This document shows positions 1 to 13,130 of a stretch of 64,000 nt of DNA, piece by piece (position 1 is the stretch's first letter; every line of letters starts with the position of its first letter). The position numbers and the translations under genes were made by a program. The stretch comes from Octopus sinensis (lineage: Eukaryota): positions 38,564,001-38,628,000 of the forward strand of contig NC_042998.1 in assembly GCF_006345805.1 (NCBI RefSeq), in the 5' to 3' direction. Under the pieces are notes generated by a model. The model saw only the letters and a program-made list of their open reading frames with translations. It did no database searches and was not told the DNA's origin.

Positions 1-393
1 AGGTTACGCAAGTGTTCGGTAAGCTTAGATTAAGTATTATTGCGGACCTCAAATCAGTCTAGTCGCCGTGAGGTGCATGTGAACATATCGACAACCTCAA
101 ATACGCAATCAATCGCGCAATTACAAAACAGCCAGACACTGGATCACATCTAAGTAAAAGAGACGTGATTCTATTCCGTCATTTTTTACGGTTCAAATGA
201 GAGACTAGGATAAAGTTTGCCAAATGTGTGCTTCTAATTGCAGATATGTACTGAGTTTGTAAGGTGGAATGTCTTTCCATGAGATAAATGTAGCCCCTGT
301 AGTTTGTGCAGAGGAAAAGCAACTCCCGTGTTTATTTCAAGTATAAACATAAACACACATACACGCTTACATATATCTATATACACATACGTA

Positions 394-1612
394 CAGGACA
401 GTTCTACCTAAAACGAAAACAAGGCGGCAGAGGCTTAAGATCGATCCAAAATGCCAGTGAATGTCGTATCATATCCCTTCGGCAACATCTTTTAACCATC
501 AGGTTTCGAAGTCCATCCCTTGACCAAATTTGCATTCATAGGGCTGATAACATCATAAGACTTGAGCAACATTCTTTGTCTGATAACCTAGAATACATAC
601 CCAAAGAAGTTGCACCATTTTGCCGCAACGTATCATCAAAGTAGTCTATCATGGACCAATAGGCGGGTTACTATCTCCCACTTTGAAGAGTATGCGTTTG
701 CAATCCAGGAACAAGAAATATCAACCAAATACCTGATGCACAAAAGAGATAGAGATGCAGAAAAAGCTGTAAACTGTGACAACTGATGGAGACTTTATGG
801 AATTAACACTGAAGATATCATCCACATCATAAGCAGTTATTCGAAAACGTCATCACGATATTATCTGCCGATGAGACATGTAGATAGGACGCTCTATAAT
901 GAAATTTGTTGGAAGGATAGCCCCGAGAACAAAGAAATAAGAACCCACAGTATAGTAGAAACCATAGCCACTCATAATAAAAAGGAGTACTGGTGGAATG
1001 TCCCAGTGAAGGCCTCAATTAAATGTAAGCACAATAGATCTGATATACTGATTCAGAATAGAGAAGAAAAACTTTCGAAATTAGCTGCTCAGCAGATGTT
1101 AACATAAAGCTGTAGATTAGTGAAAAAGAAAATACCTACGCTGAACGTTTGAGAAATCTGAAGTTACTCTTTCTTTATTACAAGTTCAGGTTTATTTCTA
1201 TAATTATTGGGACCCTGGGATATGTAACACACCGCCTAAATACAAATCTTGAGAAATTAGGTTTCTCAAAACCAGAAAGGAGAAAGCTAATTCGAAGACT
1301 ACTGATCCAATCCATCACTGGAACTGTAAAAATCTGTAAAACCTTCCAGAGGTTTATCATTTAAATATATATGAGCATGTCTAGATATGTAACTATATGC
1401 ATGAGAATACATACATTCATACATACCTATATGCCTACGTACATGCCTACGTACGTTCATACATAATTACATACGTACATAAATATATACAAACAAACAA
1501 AAAACCGCCTGTTCTTGATGTTGAAATTGCAGTGAAGGAACCTTGGAGCTAGGTTAGAAACTTGTTCTTTCTCTGTTTGCAAGAAATCTTGGAACAAAAC
1601 TGAACAATGACA
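394..1612 (+). mobile_element. Decayed 3' part of an R4/Dong-type non-LTR retrotransposon (RLE endonuclease) with 3' UTR
   Basis: Broken frames give YLKRKQGGRGLRSI, AIQEQEISTKY, a degenerate zinc knuckle followed by YLPMRH, WWNVPV..KHNRSDILI (PD-D/ExK region) and IIIGTLGYV...GTVKICKTF-stop. The 3' UTR (1500-1612) is shared with the copy at 36770-38372. Confidence 0.85.
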
Positions 1613-1625
1613 CATATATACATAC

Positions 1626-1677
<52 letters not shown>

Positions 1678-1750
1678 TTAAAATATACACTTGCGTATGT
1701 GTATGTACACATGACATTAACAATAACAGCAGTAACAATTATAAATGAAT

Positions 1751-1925
1751 AAGTCGGAGATCTGTGGAAATCGTTAGTACGCTGAGCAGAATGCTTTGCA
1801 GCATTTCGCTCGTTATTATGTTCTGAGTTCAAATTCCACCGAGGTCGGCTTTGCCTTTCATCCTAGTCGGGGTCGATGAAATCGACTCCCCCCTGAATTG
1901 CAGGCCTTGTGCCAAAATTTGAAAT
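1751..1925 (+). mobile_element. SINE family B, diverged copy (tRNA head plus Meta-like core)
   Basis: gagttcaaattccaccgaggtcggctttgcctttcatcc...ggggtcgat matches the other family B copies. Confidence 0.75.
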
Positions 1926-3518
1926 TAATAATGATAAGCAAATAGATAAATGTGATATAACTGTGGAAAGGCTTGATCTTGCATTACCGATGGCCTTCTC
2001 CAATATCCGCCTACCCAAATTTAGTTACACGGATTGAACTGGGGGACTTATTGTTACAAGCTAAACTTCTTAACCTCCTCTAAGATGTCCATGCGTGTGT
2101 GTGTATGTCTGTGTATATATGAATATATTGATGTACATAAAAGTTAAATATTTATATAGTTCCTACGAGGGATCATTCACATCTGCAGCAATCAACCGAA
2201 GAGCTCCTCAAATCTATTGTCAGAAAGTCAATAACAAGGCTGTGAAAAAATACCGCAGGGAAATATTTTGTATTTCTCGGCTAATCCTAACGCTAATTTC
2301 CCAGATAATGCAGACCCCAGCATCGCATAATGGATGTTATTTGCGTTAAACACCCATTGAACAAACCTAGTAATTGTGGAATGTTAAATATTGAAATGCT
2401 TATCATTCTCGTACAGCGATAGATTACAATAATTTATCATTATTAATATGTGTGCAGTATGATCTGATATGTAAATAAGATACTACTTGAAAGAGATTAA
2501 CAATTATTTATCAGTTTCTAAAAAAAAAAAAAAAGATCTGCAAAGCAAATTATTGAGTCATTTCTGTCTTTCGTTTTTTCAGTAGAGTTGTCAATAAAAC
2601 ATTAGGAATGTTGAATAAAGCAGATAGAAACAATTGAAATAAAAGCACCAATATATACTCACGTGCACGCACAAGCATGCGTGTATGCGTGCGCATACAT
2701 ATATATGTGTGTGTGTACCTATATACGAGCGCGCGCGTGCATAGATACATTTGCTCTGCATATCGTAACTACTAACATAACTTAGTATATTAGTTGCTTA
2801 ACCACAATACTGGAAGCAGATTGGAAAAGGACCACGTACGTGCAGCTCTAAATATACAATATTCAAAACTATACAATACATCTATCGGATCTCTGATTGA
2901 TGAAGACCACGCAGTGCATAGTGGTACAGAAGATACGTCTGATATTCTACAGAAGCAATACTGCTCTACTCTCAGAATTTGGTTCATCTGGCTAGCATCC
3001 ATAAAACAAATCGCCAGCACAGCTTATCCGATACATTATTTGGTGCCACGGAATTCCTGGCGGCTATTAACAAAATTATACACAACTCAAATGCCGACCC
3101 CGACAGTTTCCCTGTTAGGGCCCTGAAAGAGTGCCTACATCAACTGTATTCTCTTTAGCTAATGTCAGGATGAAGTCACTGGATGCTAGCTATATCCACA
3201 AACCCCTGCAAACAGTAACGCCTTACTCGAATGAACTGTTACTCGAAGAATGACTGCAATACGAAACATCATTATATATCTTTTCCAGGTGATTAGTCAT
3301 GGCTTGAGCTAAATCTGGCAAAAACGTGTCTAAGTATCTTATTAGGTATTTAGTGGCAATCACTTGTTGTTGAATTGCGCAAACGCGTAGCCTTCAAAGT
3401 GTGATGTAGCGGCCACGTGTCCAAGAGAGGTTTCGCTTCATCTCAATGTTACTCTCTTCTTGAAGTCTATAAGAAACATACCCACGCATGGTTTTTTTTT
3501 TGGATATGTATGTATATA

Positions 3519-3873
3519 GGCGCAGGAGTGGCTGTGTGATAAGTAGCTTGATTACCAACCACGTGGTTCCGGGTTCCGACCCACTGTGTGGCACCTTGGG
3601 CAAGTGCCTCCTATTATGACCTCGGGCCGACCAAAGCCTTGCGAGTGGATTTGGTAGACGGAAACTGAAAGAATCCCGTCGTATATGCATATATATGTGT
3701 GTCTGTATTTGTCCTACCAACATCGCTTGACAACCGATGCTGTTGCGTGGGACCGATAGAATAAGTACTAGGCTTACAAAGAATAAGTCCTGGGGTCGAT
3801 TTGCTCGACTAAAGGTGTTGCACTGGCATGGGCGCATTCAGAATGACTGAAACAAGTAAAAGAATAAAAGAAT
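3519..3873 (+). mobile_element. SINE family A (tRNA head, CORE-like centre), with internal deletion
   Basis: ggcgcaggagtggctgtg head, B-box-like gggttccgaccc, accttgggcaagtg core and tail gactgaaacaagtaaaagaataaaag. More than 10 copies occur in the window. Confidence 0.9.
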
Positions 3874-4599
3874 ATATGTACGTATGTATAGACAATGCAC
3901 TCACACAAATACCGTGATTGTAAAAATGCCATAAATAACATATATTTAAGCGAGACAGAGAGTTACTAAAGACCTCTTTGAATCGCATCGAGATGTTGAA
4001 GTCGTGTTTCCCAGTTTTGAATTAATTAAAATTATATAATTTGTCATCATCAGCTGCCGTCATATATACATCAGCTTCTTTTTAGACTCATGTCGCATAT
4101 AACCGGCGGCCATAACAACCGATTCTCATCTGCTACAATCTATAAGTGTGTTTTTATGCATCAAGCGCCAATATGAGACGATCTCTCAAGGTTAATAACA
4201 CAGGGTATTCGGTGTTCTAACAAGACATCCATGTTAAGTTACTTCTTTTTTATATAATTTGTTTTGTTTTGGCTAGTCGTAAAACCCTACATTTGTTTCT
4301 CGGTTTTTTCTTATATGCATCAATGTTTATCCAGACTGTTTTATGGTTTCAAACATTTCAAAATTCTTCTTCTTCATTTATCTAATTTCTGATGTTGTTT
4401 CTGTCCCACCTCAAACCATTTATCACTATTTCCCCAGTCCGTCTTTGTCTGCTTTTCACTGAATCAATGCTTATCAACCGGACCAAGTATCGGTAGCGAA
4501 AACTAAGGAGAGACGGAACTCCCCAACGCTGAAACTGTATATTTCTTGGTTCAGATACTTCGGCAAATGAAGAAAGGAAAATTGTTAGTGTGTCGAGCA

Positions 4600-5894
4600 A
4601 GTCATTATAATACCATCTCTACACTAGACTTCTATTTATTAAAAATCTCTCGTTTGCTTAATAATCTTAGCTTAATGAGTTTTAGCTTAATTATTATTAA
4701 TTCAGTTAGGGTCATTACACCAAAATTAAACCGAGATAATAAACAAATTTCCGGTCGTAAATTGGTGGGCTGTGCGTACAACCAGAAATCATCAGATTGG
4801 ACTTATTTGAACTTTTTGAGTCTCTTTTGTTCGGAGATAAAAATATATTAAATACACATCAGAGACAGAGAGGAAGAAAGAGAACGAGCGAGTGAGAGAG
4901 TCAATATCTGCGATTTGTAGATTATTACATGTCACATCAGGTTCATCGGGTGAAAGGCGGTGAGCTAGCAGAAACGTTAGCACGCCGGGCGAAATGCGTA
5001 GCCGTATTTCGTCTGCCGTTTCGTTCTGAGTTCAAATTCCGCTGAGGTCGACTTTGCCTTTCATTGAAACGGGGTCGATAAATTAAGTACCAGTTACACA
5101 CTGGGGTCGATATAATCGATTTAATCCGTTTGTCTGTCCTTGTTTGTCCTCACTGTGTTTAGCCCCTTGTGAGTAGTAAAGAAATAGGTATTTCGTCTGC
5201 CGTTACGTTCTGAGTTCAAATTCCGCCGAGGTCGACTTTGCCTTTCATCCTTTCGGGGTCGATTAAATACGTACCAGTTACGCACTGGGGTCGATATAAT
5301 CGACTTAATCCATTTGTTTGTCCTTGTTTGTCCTCACTGTGTTTAGCCCCTTGTGGGTAGTAAAGAAATAGGTTCATCAGGTGAAGATAGTGTTTCGTTT
5401 TGTAGAGAAAATTAAGACTCCTGAAAGGAGAGTCTTGGCATTAACTTCAGAAAAGGAACATGGATGCATTTGGTTCAATGATATCATTGTTACGAGAAGC
5501 ACATGTTTGTTATTCGCAGCTGAGTGATCGGGATTTAGTATCTATGAGTGTAAAATGTATGTGAAAGTCGAGCAGTAAGGTAATCCATCCAAACCGGAAT
5601 CCGGTTTATCACTCAGTGTTTAACATGTTTACTTCACGGCTTCTCTCGTCAATGCATCCCATATTTTTTTCTTTTACCTAATTTGAGTTTTACGTTTTCT
5701 CTCTTTCTAACGCTAAGCCAAACCTATTTTCTGTTGAAATATTTGATGTTTAAATATACTCTGAAATATTATAATTGTTCGTGTGATGTGTTTGTGTTCT
5801 TGTTGTGAGGCTTTCCTCCTATCTCATATGTATGTATGTATGTATGTATGTGTGTATGTATGTGTGTATGTATGTATGTATGTATGTATGTATG

Positions 5895-5938
<44 letters not shown>

Positions 5939-6604
5939 TTCTGTGTACTTCACCAAGTTGATCTTGGCTTGGCTTTCACTCTTGACAAATATTTTATCCG
6001 TTACAATTATCTCCAATCGAAAACTGGAGGAATGTTTTATTATTTCGTATGTTTTATCTCTGAACGAAAGATACCCGAAAAGTTCAGTAAGTTCAATTTG
6101 GTGATTTCTGGTTGTACTCACAGCCAACTAATTTACGGCCGGAAATCTGTTTATCTTGATTTCATTTTGATGTAATGAACCTTCCTGAATTAATTATAAT
6201 TAACCAAAAATTCATTAAGATAAAAGTATTAAGCAAACGAGAGATGTTTAATAAATGGAAGTCTAGTGTAGAGATGGGATTATAATTACTTACTAGGTAA
6301 GCAGAGTGAGGGAGAGAGACAATATCTACGTTTTGTAGATTGTTACGTCACATTAGGGTCATCGGGTGGAGACGATGTTTCACTTTGTAAAGAAAATTAA
6401 GACTCCCGAAAGGTAATCCATCCAAACCGGATTCCGGTTTGTAACTCAGTGGTTAACATGTTTACTCCACGTCTTCTCTCCTCTCAATGCTTCCCATATT
6501 CTTTTAACCTGATTTGAGTTTTACGTTCCCCCTCTTTCAAATGGTAAGCCAAGCCTATTTTCTGTTGAAATATTTGATGTTTGAATATACTCTGAAATAT
6601 TATA
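4600..6604. repeat. Local duplication of an unclassified element with a partial inversion
   Basis: 4600-4855 is the reverse complement of ~6040-6290. 4865-4954 plus 5371-5773 is a direct copy of ~6300-6604. Confidence 0.8.
4955..5370 (+). mobile_element. SINE family B with internal tandem duplication and a 16-bp TSD
   Basis: aggcggtgagctagcagaaacgttagcacg head; the body is repeated twice. Flanked by aggttcatcgggtgaa (4939-4954) and aggttcatcaggtgaa (5370-5385). Confidence 0.92.
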
Positions 6605-8142
6605 TCAATGCTACCGAGAAAATTGTTATCTTTATGTACATTTTGAAACCATGCTAGCAATACGTTTCAAAACACTGGTTTCAGACTCACGTTTTTATTT
6701 CATTTCTGACTCTTGTAGAAAAACGTAATTAAAAAAAAAAAAAAAACTCATTATACACTGATTCAAAATGTCATACAAGAGAGGTAACTCATAGAACTGT
6801 CCTTCTCTTATGTAACCGCGTTGTTGTTTTCGCTGAACCAAATCAAAAATCAAGGACACTGGCGCATGCATCAGTCGTACTTAGTTCCATGCACACAAAG
6901 TGCTAACATTTTTGTTATTTTCTTCAAACTTACTTCCTTTTCAGAAAATGTTTTAATATTTCATTCAGATAAAGGTCACACACGATGCCTTTCTTTTTTT
7001 TATTTGTAGCTGACATTTCCGTAACGTGGTACCTTTTCTACAACCAGTAATTTTGAATTTGACGACTAAGTTGACAATTGCAGGATACAAATCTCCACAA
7101 AGCCATAGAACCCTTATATCAGGGATGACAAATGAAAGGTTGTGTTTATAAAATTGGTATGTCAATGCTAATTCAATGGCCCCAAAACATTGTCTTAGGC
7201 TCGTCTCTGCTATCTATTTCTAATTCAGCGCAGTCTGTTATCGACTTTGCCAAACAGTTAACATCGAGTGGACAATTCTCACGAATTCTGGTGCCACATG
7301 ACTGGCGTTGGCCAACTACTCGCTTCTGACCCAATCAGCGATGCTGTATTATATGCTGCATCTGATTCGACGACCAACATTCTTATAAGTTGAATAGTTA
7401 TCCTTAATTAGCTCAGTTCGTATATAATACCTTCCCCTACTTATATCCTAATAAACAATAATCTTTTAACAATTAAGTAATTCCCTAGATATATTAATTC
7501 ATATTGCTACATTAAATACTAGATTCTATTACAATATATTCTTTTCCCTGCTCCCATTCCTGTTCTGTGGACACTCGTGGGTTTCCCCTGTGTAATTTTA
7601 TTGGAGAATCTGAAATTTCTGAGTGCTGCATTTTTATTTCTAGTTGTCATCGGAAAACAATCGTCATCAGGAGAAGAAGAGGTTATTGTTTATCGATGCT
7701 GTCAACAGAGTTCCTTAAGATGCAGGCTGGGGGATTTAATCGCATATGTATATATGTAAGAACACACACACACATACACAACAACAACAACTGTAAATTG
7801 TTTTTCTGGAGTAGGTTCACATTTGCTCGAATCTCTAGCAATAAAAATTTTGAATGACTTGGCTCTTTTCTCAACATTCGAATGACTTGTGCCTGTGAAC
7901 TTTAACCGCTCGCTTAAATTGGATAAGCAAATGTTATCGAATGCTGATTTTTGCACGCTTTAAAACAATCCGTAATTTTCACAATCCAATGCTGGTTTCG
8001 TTCCCATCTTAGTTTTAAATTTCACTTTTACATTCACTTTTCTTTTTTGGTTGTTTCTCACACTTGTCTGTCAACATTTGTATAGATAAATGTTGACTTT
8101 TCTATAACAGTTATCTACACGTACTTACACATTTTTGTATAT

Positions 8143-8350
8143 ATTATTATTTTATTATTATTATTATTATTATTATTATAATTATTATTATTATTAGTCA
8201 AGTCTTCGCACAGTATCCAATACTGTGATGTTGTACATTGAAGATATTGTATTTACCGAGGGTTTGTACTGTTTGTCGAGTCACAATAAGAACTTTAGAC
8301 AGACAGTACTTTACGAAATATACGTGCAGTTCCAAGTAAAACTGATTTTT
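8143..8350 (-). mobile_element. R4/Dong-type LINE extreme 3' end with (TAA)n tail
   Basis: The minus strand reads KSVLLGTARIFRKVLSV-stop, then a short UTR, then (TAA)n at 8143-8197. Confidence 0.8.
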
Positions 8351-8356
8351 GAATCG

Positions 8357-8358
<2 letters not shown>

Positions 8359-8426
<68 letters not shown>

Positions 8427-9310
8427 TTTAATGAAAACTCTCAGCTTATTGTAGTGGGTTTGTTTACCGATCATGCTTCAATAACTCAGCGGAGAATTTT
8501 TGCAGTTCCAAGCAATGATGATTTTTGTAGGGGTTCCCTGTTCACATTCGTACCGATCTTTTTCAGTCTTGGTGGTAGCTGAGTGTGCCAACACTTCCAA
8601 GCTCGCCAGTTACTCCTGGTATCATGTCCACAACCTGCTTATCTTCCACTTCAATTCATCATAGTTGTTCATTTTTTTCCTTTCTCTTTGATCCACTTGT
8701 CACTAGAACATTCTATACCGATTACCAGACAATATCTTTTCTTTTCTGTTCACAGCAACAATGCCAGGTTTCCGATGTCTAAACTGATGGTCGCACTGAA
8801 TTATTGTATCCGAAAGGATTTTGCAATCTTCATACTCAGTAACTCCTTTTGGGATTTGGTCATACCATGTCTTTGCCCTTTGTAAACCATAATTTCAACA
8901 GAAATCCCAATAGCTCACTCTTGCCTCATTGTCATGGTGTCTCAGGTACTCGCATCGTATTAACTTCTGGCATTCACCTGTGATGTGCCATACCTATTTC
9001 TTTATTACCCACAAGGGGCTAAGCATAGAGGAGACAAACATGGACAGACATAGGTATTAAGTCGATTATATCGACCCCAGTGCTTAACTGGTACTTAATT
9101 TATCGACCCCGAAAGGATGAAAGGCAAAGTCGACCTCGGCGGAATTTGAACTCACAACGTAACGGCAGCCGAAATACCGCTAAGCATTTCGCCCGACGTG
9201 CTAACGATTCTGCTAGCTCGCCGCCTTACCGTTTGACTTATCTCACTACACATTCTGCACTTGTTGCCCTGAATTGTGTTATCAATTCTGTATGTCACAT
9301 AGTTTGTAGT
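8359..9310 (-). mobile_element. R4/Dong-type LINE 3' fragment (zinc knuckle plus RLE), interrupted by a SINE
   Basis: Minus strand: TNYVTYRIDNTIQGNKCRMCSEISQTV / WHITGECQKLIRCEYLRHHDNEAR...IQCDHQFRHRKPGIV...LQKSSLLGTAKILR, followed by a (CTA)n/(TAA)n tail. Confidence 0.85.
8995..9226 (-). mobile_element. SINE family B, full length
   Basis: Reverse complement of the family B sequence, flanked by tacc/tacc. Confidence 0.9.
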
Positions 9311-9727
9311 ATTATTATTTTCGTTAATTATATTTAAAAACACATTCTCATCGATTAATTTTTTCCCTATTTTCCACTTTATTCTTTTTCGCTTATCTTC
9401 CAACCTCCAGAAACCTACGCAACTCATCCTCTCCCTTCCATTTCATCGTTTCGTTTCTTTATTTTGCGCTCAATGGTTTTGCTTCAATAACACCCAGTCA
9501 AAACCTCCACAGTTATTCATGTACATTCGCTGCATTAGCTTTAGACATCAATCTAATATTCTATATATATCTATTTTAATCTTACAAAAAGTCGTAAAAT
9601 GAGAAACTCTTGGAATAAAGGGTTGTACACTTTCATCTTCCAATAAACACTACACACACACGCACATATATAAATCTACATACATGCATATTCACTCATT
9701 CGCATATATACTCATTTATATACATAC

Positions 9728-9758
<31 letters not shown>

Positions 9759-9802
9759 ATATATATATAATATACATATACTCATATGCTCCTGTATTCA
9801 TT

Positions 9803-10200
9803 TCTTTTTTATTCTTTTATGTTCCAGTCATTTGACTGCGGCCATGCTGAAACACCGCCTTTAGTCGAACGAAGCAACCGCAGGACTTATTCTTTGTAAG
9901 CCTCGTACTTATATCGGTCTTTTTTGCCGAACCGCTATGTTACGGGGACGTAAACACACCAACATCGGTTGTCAAGCGATGGTGTGGGGACAAACACAGA
10001 CACATAAATACATACATACATGTATATATGTGTGTGTGTATGTGTTCGACGGGCTTCTTTCAATTTCAGTCAATCAAATCCACTCACAAAGCTTTGGTCA
10101 ACCCGAGGCTATAGGAGAATACCCAAAGTGCCACGCAGTGGGACTGAAATCAAACCCATGTGGTTAGGAAGCAAGCTTCTTACTACACAGCCACTCCTAC
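9803..10200 (-). mobile_element. SINE family A, near full length
   Basis: Reverse complement of family A from head (acacagccactcct) to tail (cagtcatttgactgcggccatgctg). Confidence 0.88.
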
Positions 10201-10692
10201 ATATATACACCGAGAGGTGTATATATTGTATTTAGTCTCTTGATATCCGTAGATTTGAAGTGTTTGCGTAACCATGCTGTTCTAATGATCGAACAGTTCC
10301 GAATTGTTGTGCGCAGTGCGTAGCATGTATATTGCTGCAGACATGTAAAATAATATATTATACCTCCAAATTCTTATAAAACACTGAAGGCTGCAAAACG
10401 GATGTAATCTTATGGAGATCAAGTGGTTACATAAATATAGTCACCTCACACACCTTCTCATCTTTTATGGTCTATATATTCCTCCGTATTGGATTATTAT
10501 GTGGTATGGTATCCGGGTCCACTAGGGGGCCTTCTGTGATTGCCATAGGATCCTATGAATCCATATTTTGCACCACAAATACATACATACTTATATACGT
10601 GTGTGTGTGTGTGTGTGTATACATGCACATACACATAAACAACCTTTTCTTATTGTATAACATTTTGGAAAAAAACTTTAATTTTAATCCTA

Positions 10693-10750
<58 letters not shown>

Positions 10751-10774
10751 CATGTTTGTGTATATATATCGTTT

Positions 10775-11014
10775 TTGGATTTGGTTTGCAAGATTCTTTA
10801 CGTGAGTTCGTGTGTTGAAGCATATTCTGTTGTGTCTGGGTAGAGTCTCACCGGTAAAATTTCCACTTATTCCTTACTTGTATTTTCTTAAAATTTTCGT
10901 TGCGTCTTGCAACCTTTTCAGTAGTCTTGAGAGTGTAGAAGATTATTGGTTGCAAGACGCAGCGAAAATTTTAGGAAAATACAAGCAAGAAATAAGTGGA
11001 AATTTTACTGGTGA
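10775..11014. repeat. Inverted repeat (about 67-bp arms), probable Penelope pseudo-LTR remnant
   Basis: Arms at 10848-10914 and 10948-11014. 10775-10845 resembles 18028-18090. The minus strand has hammerhead-like CTGAAAA-G-GTTGC..GCAAC-GAAA-ATTTTA. Confidence 0.7.
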
Positions 11015-11301
11015 ATAAAATCCTGTTATGTATTACATGCATGCACATACATACATGCGTTCATACAAATAAAGAAGTGTGTGGGTGTACGTACGTGCGT
11101 TTGTCGTGTTGACTCTGGCCACATTGGTCCCAGTGCATTTGGTACTTATTCAATTGATATTTATGTAAAAAATACTTATAAACCACAATATTGCTATGAA
11201 TATTCATGACTGTCTGATGATTGCCTAAGAAAAGCTGAGAGAAAGTCTGAAGTTTTTCAGCTTCAATAAAATACTTTATATATGTGTGTGTGAGTGTGAG
11301 T

Positions 11302-11354
<53 letters not shown>

Positions 11355-12294
11355 AGCGGGTGACAAGAAAAGAAAAATGTACATGTATAAATACTGTCGT
11401 ATACACACACGTGCGTGCGCGCTTATATTAGAAATTCCTAGTTCTAACTATACAAACTTTCCGCCGCACTTTTGGAAAGTAGAGTAGGTGATCGCAATCG
11501 AAATTGGAGACTCGTTTGCTATCAGCTCTCCTCTTGAGGTAGTATTCTCTATATTAATAACAAAAAGCATCTAAGCTTATTAATGTCATCATATAAATAT
11601 GTGTCTGATTATATATGCACCCACGCAGACTCACACACACACACACACACACGTATGTATATTCAGTATTATTTGCCGAGAATGATATTCTAATTTATTA
11701 TCCGACATACTGTGTTCGCTTTTACTGAAATCTTTTATAACGGCTGAAGCGGCAGCTTTATTTACTCAGCTGCATCAACGTGCGGTTCTCAGCCATAATT
11801 AGAGTTTCTTGGCAATAAGTAACTAGTCATAGTTCCTATCTGGCAACTTTACAACAAAAATGAAAAGAACCAATTTACTAAATAACCAAAGAAATCAAAA
11901 AGAAAACAGGGGTAAATAGTAAAGCAACAAATGTTTGGAATTCCAAAGTTGAATTCTAGGAGAATTAGAATTTGCAATATTGGGCGTCACTCAAAGATAC
12001 TTCAATGGACCAAAGTCAATGCTTTGATATGTAGGATCTGGTGTCTACTTGCGTTGATTTAATCGCAGACAGAAATTTCACTTTTTTGATCCTTAGTCGT
12101 AGATATTAAGACAACTATAGAATCTCGGGAAATGTTATGATGGACATCGATAAGCCCTTCAGAAATTTTTTTTTTTAAGAACCAAAAAACTGAATGGCAA
12201 TATTTGAAGTGTATGTGGAGTACTTTATTATGACAGTATTGATATATTTCAATGCATTTGTTGGGTTAATGTTAAAGAACTTCTTGGAGAATGT

Positions 12295-12535
12295 CACGTG
12301 ATCATGCGATCGACCAGACTATCGGATGTATGTCTCAATATGCTTTGCATAGTTTTTGCTTTCGAATGATGCCATCCTGCTAGTTAGGCGAACAGGTCGA
12401 CACTCCCCACCATGACCAGAAGGCCAGTCTGTGGCAGGACTGTTCGTTTATAGCTGAGTGGACTGGAGCAACGGAAAATGAAGTGTCTTGCTCAACAACA
12501 CGACGCGTTGCTCAGTTCGGGAATCCAACTCACTT
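12295..12535 (-). mobile_element. SINE family C, diverged
   Basis: Minus strand ttgagcaagacacttcattttccgttgctccagtccactcagc, ending tggtcgatcgcatgatcacgtg; homologous to 54050-54230. Confidence 0.65.
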
Positions 12536-12821
12536 TGGACATTTTTATGCTACCATGACAACTAGTCCCCAACCCCGCTGGACATCAATTAAAACTATGT
12601 AGTTTGACCACATAATTAAATAGCCACGCTAGTTTTCTGAAACGGAAGCAGCAACTTTCACTCTTCTGTCTGGTACTCACCAATCCACTCGCAGTCGGTT
12701 TTGAAGCACTTTTAATCGGATATCATATTTTATGGGGGGGGGGGGGGAGCAGATAGTTTTTGTATTATTCTTGCAATTACACTCAATCAATCCGAATATT
12801 TGTTTTGATTTTTTTTTAAAC

Positions 12822-13130
12822 CTGGTAATTATTCTATCGGTTTCTTTGACCGAATCACTAAGTTACGGGGTCGTAAACACACGAATATCGGTTAAGTGGT
12901 GGTGGTGGTGGTGGAGGAGGACAAATGCAGACACAAACGCACGCACACACACACACACACACACACATATATGTGACAGGTTTCTTCCAGCTTCTCTGCA
13001 AGATCCATTCTCAAGGCTTTGGTTGGCCTGAGGCTGTAGTAAAAGACATTTGCCCAAAATGTTACACAACGGAACTGACCCCTAACACATGTAGATGGCA
13101 AGCAAGCTACTTATCTCGCGGCCACGCTTG
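12822..13130 (-). mobile_element. SINE family A, diverged and partial
   Basis: ttattctatcggtttctttgaccgaatcactaagttacgggg...aagacatttgcccaa matches the reverse complement of family A. Confidence 0.75.

Noticed and set aside
3519-3600. tRNA-like sequences
   Set aside because: These are SINE heads with A/B boxes but no complete cloverleaf; no tRNA gene is called.
7577-7759. Hydrophobic stretch plus IVYRCC..C.L..L..Y resembling an insulin A chain
   Set aside because: Cys spacing is wrong, the last Cys and the B chain are missing, the start is GTG, and it runs into a microsatellite.
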